NCBI GenBank assembly: GCA_903935335.1
Contig: CAIZRG010000051.1
Coordinates: 130,433-194,432, forward strand
Direction: 5' to 3'
DNA length: 64,000 bases
Source: Oligoflexia bacterium
GTDB lineage: Bacteria; Bdellovibrionota; UBA1018
In this document: positions 9,711-20,200 of the stretch, in pieces
How positions within the stretch are numbered: the stretch's first letter is position 1
Layout of the letters: every line of letters begins with the position of its first letter
Translations under genes and position numbers: made by a program
The notes under the pieces: model-generated
Told to the model about the DNA's origin: nothing
Databases searched by the model: none
What the model saw: the letters and a program-made list of their open reading frames with translations, nothing else

Positions 9711-11654
9711 CTAAGCCCCCAACTCTTGAATCAACTTTTCTCCTTCTTGAACCCAATGATTCAATTGAGAGCGAACCTGATTTTCTGAAGTTGCTCCAAT
9801 CGAGCTAGCAAATTTAACCAGATCAGCAAATTCAAACAATTTAACAATTCTATTCCAAACCTCTGGAGATAAACCTCGCTCTTGAACAAGGAGTTGACCC
9901 AGCTCAGCTCGAGAAATTGACCGAGCCTCTATCAAATAAACGACTTCAATTGAAGTTAATAATTCCTCTGTTAGGAGTTCATAAGATTCACTTACTTCTT
10001 GCCATCGAAGGGAGCCCCCTGCATCTCTTGCACGAGCGTGTAAACGAGCCCAAACCTTAGAATTTTTTCGAATTTTTAAACTCATTTTTTTATTTTTCGA
10101 AAATAAGTCATTCTGAACCCAATCTCGCCCCAACATGATAAGAAAGCAACTTAAAGCGGTAAAAAATCCCCAGTACAAATATCGCCAATTCAGCAATCCC
10201 GTCAGATTGTTTTGCAATCCGATCGGAGGTTTTATATACCGAAGGTCTTCTTGCTTCTTTTTTTGCGTACTTGATATCAAATTCGAAGCTACAGATAAAG
10301 CTTTAGAATGAGAAGGAGGAACCAACTCTGTACCAGGCAAAGGTTCTAAAACATTGATTTCAATTTCATCAGTTGATTGGACATAGTACTGTTTTTCTTT
10401 TGGATTAAAAAATCCAACCTCTACTGAAGGAAGTTTAAATTTCCCCGGTTTTCTCGGAATAAGTAAAAACTCAAAAACTCTAGATCCTCCATCCTGATAA
10501 GATTGAGTTCTTCCTTTCGCCTCATAAAGTTCGATCTCCGCTGGCCATTGTACCTTAGGCTGTTGCAAAGTGTTTATATTTCCTTTTCCCTCCACGTTCA
10601 CAGTAAGCACTAAAGCTTCATTAGCCCGAACTTCGTAGCGATTCACTGCGTCTGTAACATTAAACTCACCTATCCCCCCAGTAAAACTCAAAGGACGCCC
10701 CTGTTCGGGTAAAGGATTCACATGAATCGTTACAGGCTCACTTCGGCTATTTCCTGATTGAGGAGCAAGCTGCTGAAAAAATCCAAACAATGGATCATCC
10801 TGATTTAAAAGACCTTTCCTAGAATTAAAATAATAATTATATTTCAAGCCAATCGGGTCAATAGTCAATTCTCCTTCTTCAATAGGATAAGCTGCATATT
10901 TTGCAAGAAGTGATCGCTGATAAAGTTTCCCTTTGATTTGAATAGTCTCGCTTTCTAGACGCTGAGTCATGACTGGAATTTCTAGGTCTTCTCTCAGAAA
11001 GCCCTTAAAGACAGGGAATTGACTCACCTGCAGATTAAAAACTTTTGCTAAGTGATAGAGATAGTAACTGACAACAATCTGCTCACCCTTATAAGGCTCA
11101 TTTTTATTGACTTCGGCACGAACAAAAATATCTGTTTCCCTTGAGTTCAACTGAATCGGAGGTGAGTTTAAATTGCCAGAACTCCCTCCAGAACTCCCTA
11201 AAGACCCATGACCTACAGCTACAACTTGAATAGAAATATCTGGAGACTGAAGCACTTTCCCTCTTGCTTGAACCTCAATATTGGAAATCTTCAAAGTTCC
11301 AGTCTTTAAAGGCTTGAGTATTTTAGTAATTTGTTGCTGGTTAACCATCGAAAATCCACCAGCAGTCGAATCATACTGAGAGCTTACAGACATTGAATTA
11401 AATTCATTCACAATTTGAAAGTCAGGAGCTCTAAATTTTGGCTCTGTCAAACGACTCATGCTATCGCTCTCTAAGAAAAACTGAAGAGAAATTTGATCCT
11501 CTAAAGTAATCTTATTTCTATCCACTTGTGCTGAAAATTTGATATCTGCAGCCCAAAGAAGAAAAGGGACCAGAAAAATTGAAAAAAAATAGAAACTACC
11601 AATCCTTATGATGATCTGGGTGATGATCTTGAGTACGATCTTGTGATTTAGCAT
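9711..11654 (-). CDS. BatD-like protein (last gene of the Bat/MoxR operon)
   Basis: 647 aa. N-terminal signal/TM segment and a C-terminal TM (WRYLYWGFFTALSCFLIML). Positioned after the BatB/C gene as in canonical batA-E operons. The 5' end overlaps the upstream gene by 59 bp, so the true start may be a downstream non-ATG codon. Confidence 0.7.
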   Translation of the reverse strand: MLNHKIVLKIITQIIIRIGSFYFFSIFLVPFLLWAADIKFSAQVDRNKITLEDQISLQFFLESDSMSRLTEPKFRAPDFQIVNEFNSMSVSSQYDSTAGGFSMVNQQQITKILKPLKTGTLKISNIEVQARGKVLQSPDISIQVVAVGHGSLGSSGGSSGNLNSPPIQLNSRETDIFVRAEVNKNEPYKGEQIVVSYYLYHLAKVFNLQVSQFPVFKGFLREDLEIPVMTQRLESETIQIKGKLYQRSLLAKYAAYPIEEGELTIDPIGLKYNYYFNSRKGLLNQDDPLFGFFQQLAPQSGNSRSEPVTIHVNPLPEQGRPLSFTGGIGEFNVTDAVNRYEVRANEALVLTVNVEGKGNINTLQQPKVQWPAEIELYEAKGRTQSYQDGGSRVFEFLLIPRKPGKFKLPSVEVGFFNPKEKQYYVQSTDEIEINVLEPLPGTELVPPSHSKALSVASNLISSTQKKKQEDLRYIKPPIGLQNNLTGLLNWRYLYWGFFTALSCFLIMLGRDWVQNDLFSKNKKMSLKIRKNSKVWARLHARARDAGGSLRWQEVSESYELLTEELLTSIEVVYLIEARSISRAELGQLLVQERGLSPEVWNRIVKLFEFADLVKFASSIGATSENQVRSQLNHWVQEGEKLIQELGA

Positions 11655-13464
11655 TTTGTAATTGCATCTTTTCCTGGAGCTTCCGCTCCTTTTCAGTTAA
11701 CTCCGACATGACCCTCTCAGTATCCTCAGCTGTCAATTTCTGAGACTGAAATTTTTTATTTTGTAATTCCTTAGGAGTTTCTTTGTAATAGGAGTTTTGC
11801 TCTCCTTTTTTTCCATTTGTTTTTTCCCCTGGATTTTTTTCATCAGATTTCTCGTTACTTTCTGAACCCTGACGGTCATTCTCTTTTTTTTCCTGCTCTT
11901 TTTCTTGCTGCTCTTTTTCTTGTTTTTCTTGATTCTCCTTTTCCTTTTTTTGCTTCTGTTTTTTGATTTGATCTAATAAAAGTTGGAGATTCTTTCTCGA
12001 CTCGTAATCTAATTGCAAATCCTGGGTCCTACTCGACGACTGAATCGCTCCAACAAAGGCCCGAGCAGCTTCTTCTAAATTTTCTTTTTTAGTGAAAGCT
12101 AATCCAAGATTATACAAAGACTTGCCCAATAAAGATTCATTAGAATTTTCTTCTGCAACACGAGCAGAGCTCTTAAAAAGATCGACAGCTCGATCCAAAT
12201 TTCCTTTTTGCATTTCTACAGCACCTTGATTAAAATCTAATTCCGGACGTGAAGGATCTCGTGCCTGAGCAGAACCAAATTTTTTCTCGGCGCCCTCAAT
12301 ATCCCCTCGTTGATAAGCCTCAATGCCTTTCTTATTTTCTAAATAGGCATCAAATGAAGAAGAGCTTTTTAATAAAGCTTCAGCTCTTGAAAAAGGAATC
12401 AGTAGAAAAAACAGGAAAAGTCCAATTTTTCTGGCTGGAAGAGAGATTTCTAAGAATAGTAAAATTACCGCAATCATTAAAGGAAACTGAAAACGTTCCT
12501 CGTACACCTGATACTTCTTTTCTCCCAGTTCTCCCCGACTCAAAGTTCCTAACTCTTGCAACAATTCCTGGACTTCGCTCTCCCCAGTCGTACTATTCCA
12601 ATATTTCCCTCCTGCAGTACGAGCCAATTCTTCTAAAAATCGAGACTTAAACTGGCTCACAATAGGTTGACCACTTGAATCTTTCTTAAAACCAATTGAA
12701 TTTCCGGCCTGATCTTCTATTGGAATAGGTCCACCTGCCTCTGTCCCAACCCCTAAAACATAAAGCCTTACCCCTCGATCTTTCAAAATCGCTGCCATTT
12801 TTTTTGCTAGACTTTCATGATCCTCACCATCAGAAATTAAAATAACGACCTGAGAAAAAATGGGATGAGAACTAGAAGTTGAAGGCCCTTCTGCCCCTCT
12901 CTTCAAAACTTGAATGGCTGTTTCTAGTCCAGCCCCCAAATGGGTCCCTTGATTTTGAATCATCTGGGGTCCCACTATTTTTAAAGTGTTGGACACATAA
13001 GAAAGATCCGTCGTCAGTGGACAAGCTACGTGGGAGCTGCCAGCAAACTCCACCAATCCAACTCGATCCCCACTGAGTTGGTTTAAAATTCCAAGAATCA
13101 GATGTTTTGCTTTTTGAAGTCGACTAGGCACAACATCTTGCACTTTCATACTTTGAGATACATCCAATACAAAAACCATATCTAAACCAACCCCATGAAG
13201 AATTTCTTCATGACTCCCCAACTGCGGTCTAGCTAAGGCTAAAATTAAAAATAGAATTGAAAATAATAAAAATTTTGTTTTTCTAAAACGAAAATGAGAA
13301 CCCCACTCTGGCATGAGGTAAACCCAAAGCTTTCGATCAGCAAATTTTGAAAACTGGTTTTGCCTTCTTTTTTCATCTAAAAACCCAAGACAATAAAATA
13401 TTGGCAAAAAGAAAAGAGCCCAAAGCCAAGCGGGATAAAGAAATTTCATGGAAAAAACCTCCAA
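11596..13464 (-). CDS. fused BatB/BatC-like protein: VWA domain plus TPR repeats with a KE-rich, His-tipped C-terminal tail
   Basis: 622 aa. Two N-terminal TM segments, then a VWA domain with a MIDAS motif (DVSQSM), then TPR-like repeats. The last ~120 aa are low complexity (KQKQKKEKENQEKQEKEQQEKEQEKKE ... DHHPDHHKDW). Confidence 0.8.
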   Translation of the reverse strand: MEVFSMKFLYPAWLWALFFLPIFYCLGFLDEKRRQNQFSKFADRKLWVYLMPEWGSHFRFRKTKFLLFSILFLILALARPQLGSHEEILHGVGLDMVFVLDVSQSMKVQDVVPSRLQKAKHLILGILNQLSGDRVGLVEFAGSSHVACPLTTDLSYVSNTLKIVGPQMIQNQGTHLGAGLETAIQVLKRGAEGPSTSSSHPIFSQVVILISDGEDHESLAKKMAAILKDRGVRLYVLGVGTEAGGPIPIEDQAGNSIGFKKDSSGQPIVSQFKSRFLEELARTAGGKYWNSTTGESEVQELLQELGTLSRGELGEKKYQVYEERFQFPLMIAVILLFLEISLPARKIGLFLFFLLIPFSRAEALLKSSSSFDAYLENKKGIEAYQRGDIEGAEKKFGSAQARDPSRPELDFNQGAVEMQKGNLDRAVDLFKSSARVAEENSNESLLGKSLYNLGLAFTKKENLEEAARAFVGAIQSSSRTQDLQLDYESRKNLQLLLDQIKKQKQKKEKENQEKQEKEQQEKEQEKKENDRQGSESNEKSDEKNPGEKTNGKKGEQNSYYKETPKELQNKKFQSQKLTAEDTERVMSELTEKERKLQEKMQLQNAKSQDRTQDHHPDHHKDW

Positions 13465-14429
13465 ATTACCCGCTGAAGCACGCTTTGAAGAGCTAGAAAA
13501 AATAGAGCTAGCTTTAAAGGTAAATCAAATCGCTCTTGATATTGAACCCTTTCCTTAGATTGAACGTCACTTTTTTCTAATTGATCAATCTCTTTAAACA
13601 CTGAAATGAGAGTGTTCTCATCGGTCACTCGGTAAAATTTCCCATGCGTCATTTCAGAAATCTGCTTTAAAAGCTCAGGATTCAAAGCATTATCAAACCA
13701 CTGATAAGCAATAATATTCCCGCCTAAGACTCCCTTCTGGCGTATAGGCATCTTGACTCGCCCTTCTCGTCCAATAGCAATTGTATAAACTCGAACACCA
13801 TAACCAGTAGCCATCTCTCCAGCTGTAGCTGGATCAATTTGACCAATATTATTGTCTCCATCAGTCAGCAGAATCACGACTCTACTTTTTGCTTTGGAAT
13901 CTTTCAAATGAGTTAAAGTAAGGACTAGCCCATCTCCAATTGCTGTTCCATCCTTTAAAACACCACTTCTTGCCTGATTCAAAGAATCCATGAGCAGCTC
14001 GTGATCCAACGTCGGAGGAGCCATACTGAGAGGCTCTCCACTAAAGATGACAAAGCCAATTCGATCGTTTGGCCGACCTTTGACAAAGTTAGACATCGTG
14101 TCTTTGGCGACATCCAAACGAGAACGCTCTGCCAAATCCTCAATGTTCATACTGGCAGATACATCCAAAACCATCATGATATCGATTCCACTCACACTTC
14201 GATCCATTTCGGTAAATTGACTTTGAGGCCGCGCTAAAGCTAAAAATAAAAAAAACAAACTGATATATTTTAATCCAAGTAAAATCTGAAGAGGATTTTT
14301 AAGAACAATCGTTTTTGGAATCGAGATAGGAAAAATCACAGACGGTTGACGATTCCGATGAAACCACCACCGATACAAAACCGGAATCAGCAGAACGAGA
14401 AAAAGAAAAGGCCAATTAGCAAACCGCAT
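13446..14429 (-). CDS. BatA-like VWA-domain membrane protein
   Basis: 327 aa. Two N-terminal TM segments and a VWA domain with MIDAS motif DVSASM. Confidence 0.85.
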   Translation of the reverse strand: MRFANWPFLFLVLLIPVLYRWWFHRNRQPSVIFPISIPKTIVLKNPLQILLGLKYISLFFLFLALARPQSQFTEMDRSVSGIDIMMVLDVSASMNIEDLAERSRLDVAKDTMSNFVKGRPNDRIGFVIFSGEPLSMAPPTLDHELLMDSLNQARSGVLKDGTAIGDGLVLTLTHLKDSKAKSRVVILLTDGDNNIGQIDPATAGEMATGYGVRVYTIAIGREGRVKMPIRQKGVLGGNIIAYQWFDNALNPELLKQISEMTHGKFYRVTDENTLISVFKEIDQLEKSDVQSKERVQYQERFDLPLKLALFFLALQSVLQRVIWRFFP

Positions 14430-15465
14430 GGGAGTTAGCCTTTTTCACTTCAGCACGACGGGTCAATCTGACAAAATTCTTTGCTTTTTCCACAAGTTCT
14501 CCCGGCTCTTCCTCTTTGGGCAAATAGTCCGTAAATTTCACGCGATCTAATCTCTCAAACAAAGAGCTAAAACGCTCTCTCAGATCATCTGGGCCTACCT
14601 TTTCAGATAGATTTTCAGTCATCCCCTCTTTGAACTTCTGCTGAGATTCAAGAAACTGTAACATTTCACTCGTTGTGCATTCCAAAGCATCAAACCCATA
14701 TCTTGCTCCAACATAAGCTTTGATAATTTCTGACAACCGAAAATAAAAAGCCTTGAAAGTCAAGTGAGAACCTACGCCCGTTTGTCCTAATTCATTGAGT
14801 TGCTCAAGAGCAATCTCATCTTCTTTGCGTAAGTCGCAAGCAAGCTTGAGTTCAACAGGCTTTCTCAGTTTTCTCAAGCGATAGATCCCATAGCCCCCTA
14901 TAAGTAATGAAATCAGACATCCCAATCCAATCAGTAGAACTCTCCTCCATGGAAACTCAAGACCCACAGGAGCCTCTATTTCCTCCAATTGGTCTGGTTT
15001 TGGGTCGTGAGAAGAGATTGCAGACTCTACCTTCAATCCCAAAATAGCCTGAGTCTTGGCAATCGTGAGACCTTTCTGATCTTTCAGCAACAAGGAAGGC
15101 AGTGTCAGTACTCCAGGCTTCATGGGAAACCCTTGCAGAATTCCTCCAGCTTCAAGCTGAGTCTGAATAGACCAACCCTCCTCAGCAAGAGAGACGGATT
15201 GAGGTGCCTCAACGGTCATATCCTTAAATATGTCACTTCCTGAATGACCGTCAGGAATTTTAAGATGCACTCGGAATTGGAGCCGATCCCCCACTTTTAC
15301 ACTTTCTTCTTTCGACCCTGGAGAGAGAAGACGTTCCAAATCGAAAGTTGGAAGCTCCTCTGCACCAAAAGTCAAACCTGAAAACAACGCAGCTATTGCG
15401 ATTAAAATAATATTACTTCTTCCGAGTTGATCGAGCACGGAAGAAACGAACCACGGCTTCCCCAT
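14416..15465 (-). CDS. hypothetical membrane protein of the MoxR/Bat operon
   Basis: 349 aa. N-terminal signal/TM and a mid-protein TM (LLIGLGCLISLLIGGYGIY). Lies between the DUF58 and BatA genes. Confidence 0.6.
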   Translation of the reverse strand: MGKPWFVSSVLDQLGRSNIILIAIAALFSGLTFGAEELPTFDLERLLSPGSKEESVKVGDRLQFRVHLKIPDGHSGSDIFKDMTVEAPQSVSLAEEGWSIQTQLEAGGILQGFPMKPGVLTLPSLLLKDQKGLTIAKTQAILGLKVESAISSHDPKPDQLEEIEAPVGLEFPWRRVLLIGLGCLISLLIGGYGIYRLRKLRKPVELKLACDLRKEDEIALEQLNELGQTGVGSHLTFKAFYFRLSEIIKAYVGARYGFDALECTTSEMLQFLESQQKFKEGMTENLSEKVGPDDLRERFSSLFERLDRVKFTDYLPKEEEPGELVEKAKNFVRLTRRAEVKKANSHAVC

Positions 15466-16291
15466 AGTCTTCCTTTGTAAGAATTTTCAAAGTTTCAATC
15501 TGGCTTCCTTTAAAAATTTGATGGATATCAGCTCTAAATCGCTCTGAATAGTCTTTGATCCATTGTTGAAATCGATACGAAGACGTATCTACAACACAAG
15601 AAGCACCTGACTCAGGATCCCTTATGAGGACCATCCCCATCTCTGGAATCTTGCTTTCACGCTCGTCCTCAATCTGCACCGCAACTACATCATGCTTCCT
15701 AGCCAAACGCTTCAATGGAATTTCGTAATGATCTGCTATAAAATCACTGATGACAAAAACAATACCATTATGCTTCATAATTCGACCCGCAGCGTTTAAA
15801 GCTCCTTCCATATGAGTCCCTTTGCTTTTGGGCTGGTAAGTTAACAGATCTCGAATCACTCTTAAAACATGCTTTCGCCCTTTCTTGGGGGGAATAATAT
15901 GTTCTACCTCTCCTGAAAAAAGTAGAGCACCAAATCGATCTCCTGTCTGAGAAGCCGCATAGGCCAACATTCCTCCAACTTCGGCTATAGCTTCTGACTT
16001 GAGCTTTTCTGATGAACCAAAGTGCTGAGAAGCAGAAACATCAACAATCAGAAAAACGGTCACTTCTCTTTCTTCATCATAAATTTTTACAAGAGGATCC
16101 CGAGTACGAGCACTGACATTCCAATTAATACGTCGAATATCATCCCCAGGAACATACAGCCGATGCTCAGAAAACTGCACCCCCTGCCCTTTGAAATGAC
16201 TTCGATACTGCCCCGTCAATACATCATCGACTCGCTTTTGCGTTGTAATCTCAATCCTTCGGACTTTTTTTAATAATTCATCAGACAGCAT
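15413..16291 (-). CDS. DUF58-family protein (VWA-like partner of MoxR)
   Basis: 292 aa. Occupies the conserved DUF58 position directly downstream of the MoxR ATPase and carries a VWA-like DxSxS motif (DVSASQ). Confidence 0.8.
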   Translation of the reverse strand: MLSDELLKKVRRIEITTQKRVDDVLTGQYRSHFKGQGVQFSEHRLYVPGDDIRRINWNVSARTRDPLVKIYDEEREVTVFLIVDVSASQHFGSSEKLKSEAIAEVGGMLAYAASQTGDRFGALLFSGEVEHIIPPKKGRKHVLRVIRDLLTYQPKSKGTHMEGALNAAGRIMKHNGIVFVISDFIADHYEIPLKRLARKHDVVAVQIEDERESKIPEMGMVLIRDPESGASCVVDTSSYRFQQWIKDYSERFRADIHQIFKGSQIETLKILTKEDYGEAVVRFFRARSTRKK

Positions 16292-16296
16292 AGATG

Positions 16297-17289
16297 TCAG
16301 GGGACTTCAACACGTTCCAGGATTTTCTTAACAACCTGATCGCTATCAATCCCATCTGCCTCCGCTTCAAAAGAAACAAGAATGCGATGTCTCAATACAT
16401 CATAGGCAATGGACTTTACATCTTCTGGAGTCACAAATCCTCGATGGTGAATAAAAGCATGAGCTCGACTTGCCTTTGCAAGCGCAAGGGTTGCACGAGG
16501 AGAAGCTCCTACCTGAATTTGAGATTTTAACTCTGAAAGACCAAATTTTTCGGGGAAACGACTGGAAAAAATAATTCCAAGAATATAATCTTTTAACTTT
16601 TCATCCATATAGATCTGCGCGCAAACCCGTCGGGCTTCGAGAATAGTTTCCGGAAGACAAACTTTATTTGCTCGAGGAGCTTCTACCCCTGACATTCGAT
16701 TTAAAATACCTTTTTCTTCACTCAGGCTAGGATAACCCACCTTCACCTTAAATAAAAATCGATCCAGCTGGGCCTCTGGAAGAGGGTAGGTTCCTTCTTG
16801 TTCGATTGGATTCTGTGTCGCCATCACAATAAAGAGATCTTGCATTCGATAGGTCGTCTCACCAATAGTTACTTGATGCTCTCCCATCGCTTCGAGTAAT
16901 GCACTTTGAACCTTTGCCGGAGCCCGATTGATCTCATCAGCCAAAACGAGATGAGTAAAAATTGGCCCCTTCCTTGGAGTAAACTCACCCGTCTTTTGGT
17001 TAAAAATCATAGTCCCTACTAAATCTGCAGGTAAAAGATCGGGAGTAAACTGAAGCCTTTGAAAATCTGCCTGGATAACGTCAGCCACTGTCTTAATCGT
17101 TAAAGTTTTGGCTAGTCCTGGCAAGCCTTCTAAAAGTACATGGCCATCGCAAAGCAAGGCAAGTAAGAGCCTCTCTAAAAGAAGCCTCTGCCCCACAACT
17201 ACTTTGGAAGCTTCACTCAGAATCCTGTCAATAAATTGACTTTTTTGTTTAATTTCTTCTGTTAAGGATTGAACGTCTAGTGTTGACAT
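16297..17289 (-). CDS. MoxR-family AAA+ ATPase
   Basis: Walker A GLPGLAKT, Walker B LLADEINRA, and a typical MoxR C-terminus. The start is placed at M18 (MSTLDV...) at 17289; the track ORF extends to 17340 and would otherwise overlap the upstream gene by 92 bp. Confidence 0.9.
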   Translation of the reverse strand: MSTLDVQSLTEEIKQKSQFIDRILSEASKVVVGQRLLLERLLLALLCDGHVLLEGLPGLAKTLTIKTVADVIQADFQRLQFTPDLLPADLVGTMIFNQKTGEFTPRKGPIFTHLVLADEINRAPAKVQSALLEAMGEHQVTIGETTYRMQDLFIVMATQNPIEQEGTYPLPEAQLDRFLFKVKVGYPSLSEEKGILNRMSGVEAPRANKVCLPETILEARRVCAQIYMDEKLKDYILGIIFSSRFPEKFGLSELKSQIQVGASPRATLALAKASRAHAFIHHRGFVTPEDVKSIAYDVLRHRILVSFEAEADGIDSDQVVKKILERVEVP

Positions 17290-20200
17290 GGGAATCAGTA
17301 TACCTTGTATGAGGCTGTTCAGAAAGACTTGGTCGAACAATATTTTTCAAAAAATCTTTTAAAAGACTCTTTTCTCCCCTCCCAATGAGCTGACTTAAAG
17401 TTTCCAATCCTTGATAAAATTTTTCAGCATGGGTTCGATTTTCAAGAGAATCTTTCCGCTGATCCCCCGCCAAAATTAAAAATGGACTCAAATCGTTCCT
17501 TTTGAAAAGAGACCCCAAATGAAACAGAAGGTTCTGTGAAGTTTCTCTCTCTAAATCAGAAACCCTGGAGCTGTCAATCTGTGGAAGTTGAGCAAAAAAT
17601 CTCAGAATTGGATCTAAGGCTTCTTCCAAATGAAGGTCTTGATACTCTGAAAAGCCCTGTAATTCACTGAATCGCTTTGTAAAAATATCAAATTGATCTC
17701 GAACAAAACGAGTCTGAACAACTGTTTTAGAAAGCTTGACAAGATGATCTACAGTCGATCTTGCCTGGTCAGACTGAGTGGCCTGAACCAGAATTGAAGA
17801 AAGATCATTCAAAGCCTTCCAAGCAGAATCATCAAAATCTTGGGGATTGGGCCTTTTGATTCTCTGGAGTTGCTTGCCCAATTGACTCAATGTACCCATT
17901 CTAGCAGCACGAAGAATTAAACTTAAATAATTGTGATCCCCTTTTGAAGGGTCCCGATCTTTCTCCGGAGTCGAGTAGAGAATTTGAAAAAAGAGATCCC
18001 TCATGATTTCTAATCCTCCTCCTAGGATCACCTTTTCTGGATCCTTTGGAGGAAACATGGGCTTAAACTTTCCTTTTCCACTTCCAGTTGAATTTTCAAT
18101 CAGAACACTGTTGACCTGCCAAAGATTAAAAATCTTCCTCTGCGTATCGACAAAATCAAGTCCGACTGCCTGAGCAGCAAGCAATGCAGAGAAAAACGCT
18201 GTCTTGCTTTTAAAAGGTGCCTGTACTGGAGAAGACTCCCCTTCTAAATTCCGATAGCAAGAGGGCAATTGAGGGGTTCCAAAAATTCGATAAGTTAAAA
18301 TTTCTAAATTCTCCAAGCTTGTGGAGCGATTTAAAATGCCTTGAGTAGCCTCTAAAAGAGTTTTAGGAGAATCTCCGTTCTGTGGAAATTTTTCCTGGAT
18401 CTCAGGTGGCCACAAGTTTCTAGGCAAGTCTCCCCAAGCCTCTGCATACTCCTGCACAAAGGCTAACCCCATATTCTTACCCCAGTTGAGCAATGGATTT
18501 GAATCATCGGTGTTAATCAAAACTAACTCGAGCAAGTCAAGAGTATTAACCAATCTCACTCTCGGTCGATCTTCTCCTGGATAAAAATACAAAATTAATC
18601 GATAGTCTAAAGATCGTTCATAGAGCCAATCTAGTAAATCACTGACCCGATAATGAGCAGAGAGAGTCCTAGGCTGATCAGGACCTCCCTCTTCAGGTAA
18701 GGAAAAATATTGAAAAAAATGAAGATACGCATCCAATAGCTTCCAAGAAACTCCTTTTTGCTTCTCACTCGTTGTAAATTGATTGAGCATCCATTCCAGA
18801 AAATCATAAATCTCTGTTTGAGACCAAGACTTGCGAGTCACCTTTCGCCCTGCTTGTGAATCCAGAGAAACTAAATCCCAAGTCGATACATTTGTCCGAG
18901 CTTCATCAATAATTTCTTGAACACGAAGATTGATCTGATGTTCTCGATCCTCACACTCTTTATACTCTACCCATTTTCCAATCGTTCCTCGAAACGAAGC
19001 ACTCATGAGAGCATCAAAAGGACTCTCTGTTCGGGAAGAACTTGATTGAGTAAATTCTTCTTGCCTGGACTGAGCAAGAGAGTAAATCGCCCTAAAAAAC
19101 TTTGTCGCAGAAGAACCAGCGAGAAACTCTCCCAAAGATCTTTCTAATACTTGAACTTCTTTTGTGCAAGTCGTCATAATCCGCCCTGCAGCATCTAACA
19201 ATGGTTTTAAAACGCTTTTTTTCCCATCTAAACCACCTGCTGATGGACCTTGAATCCAAAAAGGAATACTATGCATCAAACTGAAAAAATGGCCCTCGTG
19301 ACCTTCATCATAAGCCTGAATTCCAGAATCAATAATAAACTGAAGTTGCTGTAAAGCCGACTGTTTTTCACTGAAATTCTTTTGATCAAAATTTGGAAGA
19401 AACAATCTTTGAGTCAGTTCTTTAATTTTCTCAAGCCCTGTCACATTTTCTTCTGATCTCACACTCTGCATTTTTTGATGACTGAAAAAATACAGAAATT
19501 CTTTAGCGAATTGATAAAATTCATCCTGATCAGGATTAGAACTATTTGGATGCCCCCCAATACAAGCCCAATAAAGCTCAAATTGCGCTTCATAGCGATC
19601 CGATGAGGAATCTATCAGTGAAAACATGGGGCTTAAATCTCGGCAAGCCTGAGAATACCAAGAAATCCCTGGTATCACAGGAATAAGATTGAGGTTCTTC
19701 ACTGTGTAAGGAGTTTCTATTTCTCCATTGGACAGCCCTTTCAATTCATGCCTGCGACTCATCTCTAATAAAGGAGCTTCTTTGAGCTGAACAGGCAGTT
19801 TTCCCTGATCAGCAAATTTATGGAAAATTGGGACTAAATCCTCTAAAAGTCTTTGAAGTCTGCCATCCTGAGCCATCTCAGAAAGGAGGTAAACAGTCTC
19901 TTTGAATTCTGGTCGATCAGAAACCAAAAACAAAGTATTATAAAAATTTGTATACTGAGAAGCATGACTCATGATTTCGCGAATAAAATCAATAAAAGGG
20001 TGAGCATCGTTCACATAAAAAGATTCTCGAATTTGTGTAAGAACTGGAATTAAAATAGGTTCGTTAATCTTTAGAAATTGAGTTAAACTCCGGATAAAAT
20101 TAAAAAGCTGAACTCGGGTTGTCTTTGAAGCAACCCGAGTTATCACATTAAAGATATTATCTTGATCTAAGTGAACCTGAGGCTCTGTTATAAATTTAAT

